A DNA stretch of 64,000 bases. It comes from Anolis carolinensis (Eukaryota). The notes beneath the pieces were generated by a model that was not told the origin of the DNA, made no database searches, and worked only from the letters and a program-made list of their open reading frames with translations. Below, piece by piece: positions 22,676-35,090 of the stretch (the first letter of the stretch is position 1; each line of letters begins with the position of its first letter). The stretch spans positions 260,191,971 through 260,255,970 of the forward strand of contig NC_085843.1 of NCBI RefSeq assembly GCF_035594765.1, written 5' to 3'. Both the position numbers and the translations under genes were made by a program.

Positions 22676-22955
22676 CTGGGTTGCTGTGAGTCTTTCAGGC
22701 TGTATGTCTATGTTCCAGAAGCTTTCACTCCTGATGTTTCACCCACATCTGTGGCAGGTATCCTATCCTGGTCCTTAGTTTTTCCAGTTTCCTTGTATCT
22801 TGGAACACTTTCTCCCTGTAGAGATGTTCAATGTATTGTCAAAGGCTTTCATGGTCAGAATCACTGGGTAGCTGTGAGTCCTTTGGGCAATATGGCCATG
22901 TTCCAGAAGCTTTCTCTCCTGATGTTTCACTCACATCTGTGGCAGGCATCTTCAG
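22676..22955 (-). mobile_element. Penelope-like terminal repeat remnants (two partial tandem copies) with hammerhead-ribozyme motif
   Basis: Copies 22676-22764 and ~22832-22955; minus strand of 22918-22955 reads CTGAAGA-T-GCCTGC-CACAGAT-GTGAGT-GAAA-CATC-AGG. Confidence 0.8.
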
Positions 22956-22964
22956 TGAATCCAA

Positions 22965-23128
22965 GTTATGGTAACCCTGTTATTGGGTTTTGTTGACAAA
23001 ACTCATTCAGATAAGGTGAGTGTGATTTGCCAGAATCCATGCAGTGGATTTCCATGGCTGAGCAGGTATCTGAACCCTGGTTTCCCAAATTCCTTGCCAA
23101 TATTCAAAGTACTATACCACACTAGCCC
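22965..23128 (-). mobile_element. tRNA-head CORE-like SINE (decayed)
   Basis: cagtggatttccatggctgagcaggtatctgaaccctggtttccc...actataccacactagc is the reverse complement of the family head. Confidence 0.65.
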
Positions 23129-23411
23129 TCTATAACACCAAAAATTCAGAACCAAGGGGAGCACATAGGAGAGAAAGCCACAGTCTACATTCACTTGTCC
23201 ATTTGGAGAAAGATGGAATGTGGAAGGCCAACATCATGACTCATGAGCTTTCTTTGCATACACCTTGAGGTGGGGGTGACATCTCTGTGGTCCCACACTG
23301 AATCTTTGTGGGTAAGCAACAACACAGAGTCTGGGAAAACTCCCATGTGTCAAATATAAGTTCTAGTTATAATGGTGGCAACAACTGCCACTATTGAGTT
23401 TTGCTTTCCAT

Positions 23412-23670
23412 AAAGTAAAGGTAAAGTTTTTCCCTTGATATTAAATCTAGTTGTGTCCGATTCTGGGGTTAGTGCTAATCTCCATTTCTAAGCCTAAGAG
23501 CTGGCATTGTCCATAGATGCCTCCTAGTTCATGTGGTCGGCATGACTTCATGGAGTGCTGTTACCTTCTCACCAGAGCGGTATCTATTAATCTACTCACA
23601 TTTGCATGTTTTTGAGCTGCTAGGTTGGCAGAAGCTGGGGCTAACTGCAGGAGTTCACCCTGCTCCCCAG
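23412..23670 (-). mobile_element. Sauria SINE, 5'-truncated
   Basis: (AAAGGT)n-like tail and body matching 29693-30027. Confidence 0.9.
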
Positions 23671-24316
23671 ATTTCAGGTTTTTGCCTAGAAATTTCAAGT
23701 AATGGTATGTTGCTGACCTGACAACTCTACTTACACATAATATATCTTCAACATGCCATTCAGAGGTATTTGACTTCCAGTCTCTCTCCCTCTCCTTTTT
23801 TTAAGCATTCCCTATCAAAGAGATAAGACAAGGTGAGTCTGACAATTCTGATAACATTAGATGAAGAATAGAAATGGAAATGTCAGGAATCAGTTCTATT
23901 TATCGAACAACTGATTGCCACTGTCAGAAATAAATAGCATCAGTCATTTATTAGCATCTGTCATACGATCTTCGCTGCAACTTTTCCAGCAGAAAAGGAA
24001 GCTTATTTGGGACACATTGCAAAATAACACCATGAAAAATCCTTTGGGAATTGCTAGCCACTGACATTTCCCCTATAACTTCATATTTCCGGATCACTGC
24101 AATTACAGGCATCATTTATTGACTTATTCACTCAAATATTTATTATCTACTATAAACTATGGGTTCATCCACAAGGCAGCTGTCAAATATTTAAAATTAA
24201 AATACAAAAATATTAAAAATCAAGGCAAATATGTAAGAGCTGCCAATACATTCATCTTACATTCATCACAAGGTAAGTATTACCTTTTTAATCAGGAGAA
24301 ACAGCAGTATCCGAAA

Positions 24317-24678
24317 AGATCCCTTGCCCTGCCCAAGAGATCCCTTGCCCTGCCCAAAGCCCCTTATATTAAAGGAGACTGGCACCAGTTTAAAACCACT
24401 TCTTTCCATGGGATCCTATGGTTCAGCCCCAAACCCCATAGGGTACAGGAGACAGTGCTCCAAGTTAAAACCATTGCTTTCCATGGGATCCTATTGTTCT
24501 GCATCAAACCCCTTAGGATGCAAGAGGCAGTGCTCTAGGTTAAAACCATTTCTTTCCATGTGATCCTATTTTTGCACCAAACTCCATAGGGTACAAGAGG
24601 CAGTACTCCAGGTTGAAACCATTTATTTCCATGGGATCATATTGTTGTTCATCAAGCCCCATAGGGTATAAGAGACTG
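24317..24678. repeat. 21-bp tandem duplication followed by a ~75-bp minisatellite (~4 units)
   Basis: agatcccttgccctgcccaa twice (24317-24357); unit anchor t(a/g)aaacca at 24391, 24466, 24541 and 24614. Confidence 0.9.
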
Positions 24679-24929
24679 CTGATGGTTTAACAATGAGACA
24701 GAATGGGAAAGTTTTGATGGTTCCCATTCCATCTGTTTTTCAGTTGTAAAGATGAAAGTGAAGTGTGATAAGAGGTAGAAGCTCTGAACACGATTGCTGG
24801 CCCATGTTCAGAGTTCCCTCCTTTCAGAACATTTCTGCCTCTGTTCAAACCTGCAATATGTGATAAGCTTCATGACTCTCCATGCTTGAAAAGAGGCTGA
24901 GGTGTCCTATGAGTAATTTTATTTAATCA

Positions 24930-25125
24930 TTACATTACTGTTTAAAATGGTGTTTTATTCTGTCTAAATTTTCTCGATGATGTTTGTTTTGTTCTGTATG
25001 TATTTTATACTGTTTTATTGTGATTATCTGAGCTTGGCCCCATGTTAGCCACCCTGAGTCCCTGCGGGGAGATGGAGACGGGGTATAAAATAAAGTTGTT
25101 GTTGTTATTATTATTATTATTATTA
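24930..25125 (+). mobile_element. L2 3' end
   Basis: ggccccatgttagccaccctgagtccctgcggggagatggagacggggtataaaataaag plus (GTT)/(ATT) tail. Confidence 0.85.
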
Positions 25126-26502
25126 AAAGGGGAAAAATTCTCAATGTGATGAAGTCTGGAGTTCCCTCCTTTCAGGACACTTCTGCCTCTTTTCAACCAC
25201 AGAGGTCTATGCATGACGGCTGGAAGTAGTTTAACACATGTCATGAGCTCAGTGTCTCACCATGCTTGAAAAGAGGTTGAAGTGTCCTATGACTGGGTCA
25301 TTTCTAAATGCGATAAGGTGGTAATTGACTACCCATGTTGTTAAAAGAGAGCGGGGCTTGGAAAATGATTGACTAGAGACCATACTTGTACAATTACTGG
25401 GAAAGTAACACTGGCTACCCAACTTTTTTTTTTTTTTTTTTTTTTGCTTTATATAGCAGCCATCTGGATTCTGACCAAAAAAGTAATTTTCTCAAGCTCT
25501 GCTTAGAGCATCATTCAGCATGCATTCCAGGTTTGTCTTCATCATTCAGATGTTGCAATTATCTGTTTTTGTCAATGGATAAAAATTTTAAACCTGGGAG
25601 GAAGTAGGAATGCAATTTTGTTGCTTTGGGAATGCCAGGCTAGGGTATTAACTTTTGGGAATACATTACCTGGATTCCTACTAGTATTTTGTTCATGCAT
25701 ACATTCTTCCATGAAAGAACATTGTATTTTTCATCCAATGAGGAATATTCACATTGAATCTATGGTTTTGATAATGTAGAAGTTCTTATGGTACCCTTGT
25801 GCATGCACATGAGGTGCATTTGGTTGTGTGTTTGGCTGTGTATTCAGTTGCATGACATTGCTATTCAATACAAGGACTAAGTAATATGATCAGAATGCTG
25901 TTCTTTATGCAGAGTTTTTTGCTATCTAACTTTGATGTAGGAACATGGCCCCTGAATTCAATAGGACTTGCATCTGAGAAGTCATGCGAAGGATTATCCT
26001 GTGAAAAGCCCTGGAGATCACTGTGTTGTTTTCCCAAATGTATTTCATAATTAAATGTGATTTGTAATCGTTACCTTTCCATATAACTTATGTTCTTGTT
26101 TTTGTATGTAATTGGGATCTGTAAAGGAATTCAATAAAATTACAATTATCTCTTGTGGACTTTTGGCCTCACTGTTTCATTTGTTTTCTACATAAATACA
26201 TCAATTAAATATGAGACTTCATGGATTAAATAAAGTAGGCTGTGGTCAACCAAATCATGCCGCAGTGGATGTGTGAGCCTTTAAGGTGTTCATAAGACTT
26301 GTTTTTACTATAATCAAAGAAAACATAATTATCATTATCCTGTGGTTGCAATTATGCTCTTGAAGTCATATTCATTTTGCCCCATTGATGTAATGAGTGA
26401 CTGCACTGTCCATAATTTGCCATTTTAAGAGGTTGCCAGTTGTAAAGTCAAACTCCATGTAGACTGCAATGCTATATTTCTTCATGATCATTTAATGGCA
26501 GA

Positions 26503-26505
26503 TAT

Positions 26506-26536
<31 letters not shown>

Positions 26537-26748
26537 CAGTATTTATATTCCTCCCTTCTCACCCCGAAGGGGACTCAGGGCGGATCACATTACACATATA
26601 AGGCAAACATTCAATGCCTTAACATAGAACAAAGACAAGACAAACATGGGGCTCCGAGCTGGCCTCGAACTCATGACCTCCTGGTCAGAGTGATTCATTG
26701 CAGCTGGCTCAAGCTGGTTGCTCAACAGCCTGTGCCACAGCCCGGCCC
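26503..26748 (-). mobile_element. tRNA-head SINE with L2-derived 3' end (Anolis SINE2-like)
   Basis: Minus strand head gggccgggctgtggcacaggctg with B box gagttcgaggcc; L2-type stem-loop ccgccctgagtccccttcggggtgagaaggg; (TAAA)n tail. Confidence 0.85.
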
Positions 26749-27264
26749 TGTAGCTTACGTGTTTTAAAAAATCCTGTGTGGACACTAAGATATAGTGAAG
26801 ACATTTAAGCAGGCAACCTAATGATGAGATTCTTGTGACTACGAAGTTATTTATAAGAATACTAATCTGGTTAGATTTCTATGTAGGCATATGCAGCCCT
26901 TGTGGTGGAAGCAGACTTGGCCTGTTTTCTCCCTGGCAATTCCTTTAGCTCCTGAAAATTAATATCAACTGTAAGAGTATCCTGATGAACAGCATGGGGA
27001 GGAAAAATATCTATTCAGGCTGGGAGGGGGCATTTATATCTATATGATAGTCTATAAAGTATTTTTTTCCATATAAACTGTATAAATCAATATTTGATCA
27101 AAAAATTCCTTAACTTTTTATGTTACCGACTGGGACTAAAACAGAATTACAGGAAGCTTTTGGACCCAGTCTATTAGCTATTTGGGGTGCAGCCCCAAAC
27201 AAACATGCCAGATTTTGATTTATTTATTTATTTTGCTTTATAATGTACATTTATACATTCATAC

Positions 27265-27673
27265 TTGCAGGAGCACCTCAGCAAGCGAGAGTCCAAAAGT
27301 CGCAGACTTAAACTCTGAACTTCAATCTATGGCTGATACCCGATGAGAAACTCCCTCCTGGGCACACAGGTGTTGAACAGTCTGTGCTTCTGACACTAGA
27401 AGATACAGAGCCAATCTTAGGAAATGGGGCTACAAAGTGAAGTTCATGACATGTGAGTGTAAAGAGCAAACCACAGACCACTTACTACAATGCAACCTGA
27501 GCCCTGACACGTGCACAATGCAGGACCTTCTCACAGTGGCACCAGAGGCTCTCCAAGTGGCCAGCTTCCGCTCAAAGGAAATCTAGTATAATGCCAAGTT
27601 TTTAACTTTGTGTTTTTAAATACATTATAACTGTATCCTCAATTTGCTTCTGACATGATAAATAAATAAATAA
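27265..27673 (+). mobile_element. Vingi-type 3' fragment
   Basis: Homologous to 13935-14230 and ends cttctgacatgataaataaataaataa. Confidence 0.82.
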
Positions 27674-27694
27674 TTTTCCATTATGTGCTACATG

Positions 27695-28493
27695 TAGAAT
27701 CATAGAATCATAGAATAGTAGAGTTGGAAGAGACCACATGGGCCATCCAGTCCAACCCCCTGCTAAGAAGCAGGAAATCGCATTCAAAGCACCCCCGACA
27801 GATGGCCATCCAGCCTCTGCTTAAAAGCCTCCAAAGAAGGAGCCTCCACCACGGCCCCGGGGAGAGAGTTCCACTGTCGAACAGCTCTCACAGTGAGGAA
27901 GTTCTTCCTGATGTTCAGGTGGAATCTCCTTTCCTGTAGTTTGAAGCCATTGTTCCGTGTCCTAGTCTGCAGGGCAGCAGAAAACAAGCTTGCTCCCTCC
28001 TCCCTATGACTTCCCTTCACGTATTTGTACATGGCTATCATGTCTCCTCTCAGCCTTCTCTTCTGCAGGCTAAACATGCCCAGCTCTTTAAGCCTCTCCT
28101 CATAGGGCTTGTTCTCCAGACCCTTAATCATTTTAGTCGCCCTCCTCTGGACGCTTTCCAGCTTGTCAACATCTCCCTTCAACTGTGGTGCCCAAAATTG
28201 GACACAGTATTCCAGGTGTGGTCTGACCAAGGCAGAATAGAGGGGGAGCATAACTTCCCTGGATCTAGACGCTATTCCCCTATTGATGCAGGCCAGAATC
28301 CCATTGGCTTTTTTAGCAGCCGCATCACATTGTTGGGTCATGTTTAACTTGTTGTCCACGAGGACTCCAAGGTCTTTTTCTCACACACTGCTGTCAAGCC
28401 AGTCGTCCCCCATTCTGTATCTTTGCATTCCATTTTTTCTGCCGAAGTGAAGTATCTTGCATTTGTCCCTGTTGAACTTCATTTTGTTAGTTT
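27695..28493 (-). mobile_element. Young 5'-truncated CR1 LINE
   Basis: Open frame 27784-28359 ([15 protein letters not shown]...[12 protein letters not shown]...WNSLP) is CR1 ORF2 C-terminus; (ATTCTATG)n tail at 27695-27716. Confidence 0.95.
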
Positions 28494-28689
28494 CAAAATG
28501 TTTTCAACTTCTTGTTTTTAGAAGCTGCCTTGGGTCCTCCTCTGGAAGAAAGATGGCATATAAATTAAATACATACAGTCAGTCAATCAATAATACTAAG
28601 TGTGATATTTAGTTTTAAGTTGTTATTTTGGTGGAGGCTTGAGACCAAAGTGGCAAACTTCATCTTTTGTTCCCAGAAAATTGAATTTA

Positions 28690-28838
28690 CAAGGTTTTTA
28701 GCCTTGAAAATCATATAATACATTTTAATACATCTGCCAAAGAGTGCTGGTGCCTCAGCAAACTACAATTCCCAGCATTCCAAAACATTGAATCAGTGCA
28801 GTTAAAGTGGTGTCAAATTACATTAATTCTATAGTGCA
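28690..28838. mobile_element. Partial palindromic MITE of the 10061/54944 family
   Basis: ctgccaaagagtgctggtgcctcagcaaactacaattcccagc...gttaaagtggtgtcaaattacattaattctatagtg. Confidence 0.7.
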
Positions 28839-29072
28839 GCCATTCCCACTGCCACCACCAAACCACTGATTTTTCCAGAAATTTTGAAATCATTGTGGAA
28901 AAAATGCTCTGTGATCTTACAGAACTTATATTATTTCAGAAATATAAAGCTCATGATATGTGTGTGTGTGTGTTTTATAACATTAGCCTGTCTGATATGC
29001 AAGTATTAGAATATATTTATCCAAATTATAATTCCAAATTAAGGTCCAGCAGATGTAATTTGTATAAAAATC

Positions 29073-29126
<54 letters not shown>

Positions 29127-29350
29127 TTTTTCTCCCTGTGGCTCAAGGTAGGTTACAACACAATTAAAAAACATGAACATTTCAAGTATTCAAGAAATAT
29201 ACATATTGCTATAAAAGATACATATTAAAACCATCTTTCTATAAAATACATATTAAAATACATAAACTAGACATCAAACAAAGGACATGAGTTTAAGATA
29301 CACAGTTAAAAACTGTCTGGATAGACCTTCCGGAAGAGATTGCCTTTAGC
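29073..29350 (-). mobile_element. (AAT)n microsatellite (29073-29126) forming the tail of an old L2 3' end
   Basis: Long AAT run followed by ccctgtggctcaaggtaggttaca, an A-rich UTR and ccttccggaagagat. Confidence 0.65.
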
Positions 29351-29692
29351 TGATTTACAAGATGGAGGTACAAGGTATTTTAAATTACCTATTAAAAAAA
29401 ACCTAAAATGTGTGAGGGGAAGAGGGGTTTGCCTGCTTTTCAAACTGGTAAAACCATAGGTACCTTGTCATAAACATATAATTCTTCCGTCTCAAAAACT
29501 ATTCTCTCCCCCCCCCCCCCTCATTTCCCTGGAAAAAAGTCCTTCAGAAAAGAAAGAAAAATATAACTTCCCCAAGACATTTTTCCAGTTTACAGTTCCA
29601 CCAGGGCTTCACACTTCTCATTTTGAAGCCAAAATAAATACCATTATCAGAATGCACATGTAACACATTAAGAACAGACTAAACCTTCTTTA

Positions 29693-30027
29693 GGGAGCCC
29701 CGGTAGTGCAGTGGATTAAACCACTGAGCTGCTGAACTTGCTGACCGAAAGACTGGCAGTTTGAATCTGGGGAGTGGGGTGAGCTCTCACTGTTAGCCCC
29801 AGCTTCTGACAACCTAGCAGTTCGAAAACATGCAAATGTGAATAGATCAATATATTGATCTTCTGGCGGGAAGGTAACAGTGCTCCAAGCAGTCATGCCG
29901 GCCACATGACCTTGGAGACATCTACAGACAACATCGGCTCTTCGACTTCGAAATGGAGATGGGCACCAACTCCCAGAGTCAGACACGACTAGACTTAATG
30001 TCAGGAGAAAAACCTTACCTTTACCTT
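29693..30027 (+). mobile_element. Full-length Sauria SINE
   Basis: tRNA-like head gggagccccggtagtgcagtggattaaacc, (ACCTTT)n tail, 11-bp TSD taaaccttctt at 29680-29690 and 30028-30038. Confidence 0.95.
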
Positions 30028-30389
30028 TAAACCTTCTTCCATTTGTACTCAAACCTCCAGTCAACAGTGAGATAATACTGAAGCAATACATAGAGAGACA
30101 GAAGAACCTTCCCTCCCTAGCAACAGAACAAGCCAGTAACTAGAGGTGGACAACCACAGTAGCCATAGTCCTGTAGTTTACAGCACTCTAATGCCCAGAA
30201 AACTTGCCCATATTTTCACAATGGTAAGCCAGTTCATCTGTATTTGTAAAAACCATGGGCAGATTTTCACTGAGGATTTATTCCAGGGCTGATCTGGAGA
30301 GACAAATGGTAGAATGGTTCCAGAATGACTTAGACCATCATCATCATCCTGGATTCGTAGAACTGGCAAGGAGTTCTGATCACCTAGAG

Positions 30390-30524
30390 CAGTGGTTCCC
30401 AGCCTTTGTACCTCAGGGTGTTTTGGACTTCAGCTCCCACAATTCCGAACAGCTGGTAAGCTGGCTGGGATTTCTGGGAGTTGAAGTCCAAAGCAACTGA
30501 AGGCCCAAAGGTTGTGAATCACTG
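30390..30524. mobile_element. hAT-Charlie MITE
   Basis: cagtggttccc...gaatcactg; perfect 8-bp TSD acctagag. Confidence 0.92.
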
Positions 30525-31990
30525 ACCTAGAGGCACTGGTTGGGTGCTGCTGGACAAACACTCTTACCACCACTCCTTTCTTGTTGTAGCAGTGGCCAGG
30601 TGGTGTAACATAGTTTGTGTTGGTTGGTTGTCACCAGGACTGATGTTGGCCAGAGCTCCAGAGTAATGTGGGAGGGAGAGTGGAGAGAGGAGGAATCGTT
30701 AGCTCCTCTTTCCCATCTTCTCTAATTGCCTTGACATTCTGACCAGAATAATTTCAGGCGATAAGCAACTGAAATCACCCATGCCGTGACTGCTGACTGC
30801 TAGATTAGGAGAATGGAACTGGGGGGTGGGAGAGAGAGTGAATATGGGATGGCCACGTAAACAGTTGCAGCTGGTTCCATATTGGAATCACCTGCTGAAA
30901 TTCCAATTTCCATGACTGCACTATTAACAAATGTCTTTTATATACTGGTATATTGTATGTGGTTAAACTTTAAGACAAGTGCACTTGTCTGGGCCACATT
31001 TCAGACCAAGAGGATTCTACAGATCCTTATTTTATTCTTTTGGTCCAGACTGAATATTCCTTATGTCTAGGCTATAGAGCAGTTTTGGCCATGGGAAATA
31101 AGTGTATGTTAACTGTACTTCTATTCTGCTACTGATGTCAAATGCACTGATTCTGATGTCAAATACACCCCTATTCTGTTATTGCCTTGCCTTAACTTTT
31201 TCTATGAAATGCAGCCTTTCAGATTGTCAACAACTCTACCAGCTTCCTTTGTGCTGAAATACTTAGAAGTCTACAGTCATTAAACCAAGGGCCTTCGTCC
31301 CAAAATAAACAATGTTCTGTTGACACTGTGAAGTTATTTGGGGACACAACTCATCCCAGCACATCCTTAGTCATATAGAAGTAGTTACATTTAAAATATT
31401 AATTGGCTACAGATGGGCACAAGCATCCTCAAGTACAAGGAAAGGCATACCACACTCAGTTCAAAGGGAAACCTGATCATTGCAGTTCCAGTACAATTGT
31501 GTACCCAGTGTGCATCTTCTTCCAGACCAACTGCCTGGACACAAATCTCCTTTATTTAACAAGAATATTTTCACTAAGCCAGCTAATGATAAGAAAGGCA
31601 ATATCTGCTAAGCCAAATAAACAGTATCATCTGATCCCTCAGTCTCCCCCGTTTTCCCAGTCTTTGTAAACAGATTAAGCAACCATTGGAGGAACGCCTA
31701 AAACCTGAGCTCAAGATTGGTGGAGGGACAGGGGAATAGAAGAATGATATCACAGAACATAGGCTAAAACTAATTTTGGATCAATTCCATTGTCTGGGTA
31801 AGCAGGGAATGTCACATTTGTCTTAAAGACCATCATAAGAAGGAGAGTAGGTACTGTCTTAGGTAGTAACCAGGTTGATGACCCACAGTTACTACCTAGA
31901 CAGTAGACTTTGCAGCAACCACACAGGTCACCTAGACAGTAGTAATTATATATGTGGAAAGGCATGTTTCATTTATTATTACATTATAGT

Positions 31991-32187
31991 CAGCCAGTGT
32001 GACATAGTGGTTTGAGTGTTAGCACCTTGGTGGTCAGACATAAAAACCCACTGAGTGATCTTCACAAGTCTTACTCTCTCAACCTCAGTGAACACAATGG
32101 CAAACTTTCTCTGAATGAATCTTGCCACAATTAGTTTCCTTTGTGGTCACTCTCAGTTGGAAATGCCTTCAAAGGCACACAACAACA
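31991..32187 (+). mobile_element. tRNA-head CORE-like SINE
   Basis: Family motifs, ACA tail, perfect 13-bp TSD attacattatagt at 31978-31990 and 32188-32200. Confidence 0.85.
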
Positions 32188-32934
32188 ATTACATTATAGT
32201 ACTGTTTGCACCTATACATAAACACATGCACCAATAAATGTTATGTAATCCTCTTTTGTATTCTTTCTTCTTTTTGGAGCTGGTGCATTACCCCTTTTTT
32301 GTGTTAGTATGTCAATGATCTCTAGTATTGGTTTATAAGACTATATTGATATATAGCTCTTGGTTTGAAATTCAGAAGTCTCATCCTACTGCTACTGTTT
32401 CACCTTAATTTCAGCTCTGACAATTTAGTCTTTTACTTATTTATTTATTTATTTACTTACTTACTTCTGTAGTTAACAGTTAACGGAACAGATGTATTCC
32501 TGAGTATCTTTAAGTAAGAAGATTTGGTATCAGAAGCAAAAATAGCATAGAGATAGGTTCCTGCACCACAAAAAAGAAAAACCATGCCAACATGTTTCAG
32601 CAAACTTTTTATTCCAAACTAAACAATATGCACATGGAAATGAAACAACTAGGTCAGGTAAGTCTTGCATAAGTAATTGAAAACATTTTGAACCTTCCAG
32701 AGACTGCCTAAAGACTTCTTCCAAAATGCATCCAGGGATGAAGTTTTCTTTCACTTTTCTTATGATTTTCATATTGTTAGCCAAACTGTTTTTCTTTTGA
32801 AAAGTATAAATTGTTTATGCTAGCAGCTGGGGTAGCTCGTAGGTCAAACATATCCTCTGTCCTCTTTTCTGTCAGTTTTGCTATTCATGCATTCTCAATA
32901 AGTGGCTCCAGAAGAAGTTGCTGGTTATTGCTGC

Positions 32935-33320
32935 TGGTGTTGTTTATGTGTGCCTCAAGTAGTTTCCAATCTATGGTAACCCTAAAGTGAACCTATAACT
33001 GGCGGAGTTTTTTTGATGAGATTTGTTCAGGAGAGCTTTACCGCTGCTTTCCTCTGAGGCTGAGAACATGTGACATGTCCATATTCAACTAGTGCAGTGG
33101 TTCCCAACCTTTAGGCCTCCAGGTGTTTTGGATTTCAACTCCCAGAAACCCCAGCCAGCTTACCAAACATTAGGAACAGTGGGAGCTGAAATCCAATACA
33201 CCTGGAGGACCAAAGGTTGGGAACTACTGCACTAGTGGGTTTCATGGTTGAGTGGGGATTTAAACCCTAATTTCCTGAATCGTAGTCCAATGCTCAAGCC
33301 ACTTCAATCTGCTGGCTTCT
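32935..33320 (-). mobile_element. tRNA-head CORE-like SINE carrying a nested hAT MITE (33095-33229)
   Basis: SINE halves flank cagtggttcccaacc...gggaactactg with TSD (a/c)actagtg. Confidence 0.85.
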
Positions 33321-34675
33321 ACTTATAGCTTACATTGCTTATTTTATCCAGGCACATAAGGCTATAGTAGGATCAGCCAGTGTAGAATTAAATTCTTTTC
33401 CAGCTCAAGCTTTGTTTATTGTATTGTTTACCAAAAACATGCCATTGAAGACATTGCTTTCAGCAGTGAGTGTCTGGGTTTCTACAGCTTTCCTTTACAA
33501 TTTTCCAGTGCTGATGCTGTTTAAAAAACCTACTAGCTAGATAGAAGACAAAGAGGAAAAGGAGGCTGAGAAAATGTAAAAAGCTTTTGTAAAAAATAAC
33601 TTCCCTGTCAAAAGCCTTTTTAACTGAGGATGCTTCTACACAGGCCCGTAAAATGTGGAAAAAACCAGGATAAAAAAGGGAGGGTGGCTAAATGACACTT
33701 AAGGAAAATGTGTGCTGATTTTGATTAACAGCTGAAAAATACGTGTTTAAAACGTGCACTTAAAACCCAATATTATATATGATCCAACACATCTTGGAAA
33801 TTCAATTAAAAATAAATAAAGTAAACTTCTGCCCATTCTCCCCCGTCCATCCTGTGGATTTGTAAAATCTGCTACAAGCAAAGGTGTCAGGGCAGCTGGG
33901 GAATATTAACTGGGAATGACAGGTCTATGTCAGGTCCTGCAGTTTTTTGCCCACTTACTTGTCCCGCATTGCCCTGAGGGTGTAATTGCCTGTAATAGTA
34001 AAATAGGTTTTATCCAATGAGTGAGCTCTGTGTTTTGTATAACAGGGTCCTTCAGTTCGCAACAAAACTTGGAAAATGGAACGAAATTGCAGGAGAAAAT
34101 TCTGCTGGCCATTTCTAACCCAATTTGGGTAGTTCCACATATATAGTTTTTATATAATCTTTATTAGAAGACCTTCTAACTTACACAATATAATCAAATC
34201 AATGTTCAAAATATGTATAGAGGAACATAGCTGTCATGATTTCATGAGAAATTCTATTTTGAAGATTTCATTTTCATAGGACACTATATTCTTTACATTC
34301 ACTTGGCAGGATTTTAATACATATTATGGCTAAAAGAAATGAACCTTCTTTTACTACTACTACAAAGTAGGGCCAAACTTCACACAAGATATAATGTGAT
34401 GGAGTCAAATGTAACTTCCCTATAACGTTTTATAAGAAATGAAAAAAGGTTGTAGAAGGCCACAGTATTATTAAGGGTAAAATTGTGGTAAACATCTAGG
34501 ATTTTTTTCAGCTTAAACCTTCTTCACACAGTTGGTTATGTGTGTGTCTACCACCTCAACACAAAAGGTGGATTTTGGTGGCATATGCCAGCTCTGCCTA
34601 CATCACCCATGGACCTGCCAGCTCCCATCAAACAATGCCAGAATGGCTCCATGGGTGATGTAGGGTGGAGCCAGT

Positions 34676-34735
34676 GTTGTTGTTGTTTGTTTGTTCAGTC
34701 ACTTCCGACTCTTCGTGACCTCATGGACCAGCCCA
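34676..34735 (-). mobile_element. BovB 3' terminal fragment, inside a GC-rich MITE-like segment (~34517-34932)
   Basis: tgttgttgttgtttgtttgttcagtcacttccgactcttcgtgacctcatggacca is the reverse complement of the BovB end seen at 12980-13028. Confidence 0.75.
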
Positions 34736-34936
34736 GCCATGCCGCCAAAATCCACCTTTTGTGATGAGGCTTTCTGTGTTTCCATTAGAAGCAACTGGGG
34801 CAAGCTGTGTGGTCCAGGCTTCCCCCCATTGGATCACCCATAATTGGAGCTGGGCAATGCGGGGTGTGGGGTACCGGGTTCCTCAAGCTTCCCAACAACA
34901 TAAGGCAATTCCAGTGGCCGTGTGGCAAGGTCGGTA

Positions 34937-35090
34937 TGTGCCTTCAAGTTGTCTGTTGGCTTATAGTGATCACTTGAATTTCACAAGATTTTCTTAGCTA
35001 ACAAATACTCAGAGATGGTTTTGCAACTTCCCTCCTCTCAAATATAGTTCACAATACTTGACATTCATTGCCAAACTTCCATCCAAACTT
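34937..35090 (-). mobile_element. Truncated copy of the 5S-derived SINE family
   Basis: gtgccttcaagttg...ttttcttagctaacaaatactcagag...ccatccaa parallels 17808-17950. Confidence 0.6.

Noticed and set aside
24375-24678. CRISPR-like array or repeat-protein gene
   Set aside because: Whole units repeat with no unique spacers, no cas genes, eukaryotic context; frames hit stops.
29693-29775. tRNA genes at SINE heads (also 26640-26748, 55984-56070)
   Set aside because: Only box-like remnants continuous with SINE bodies; no cloverleaf or terminator.
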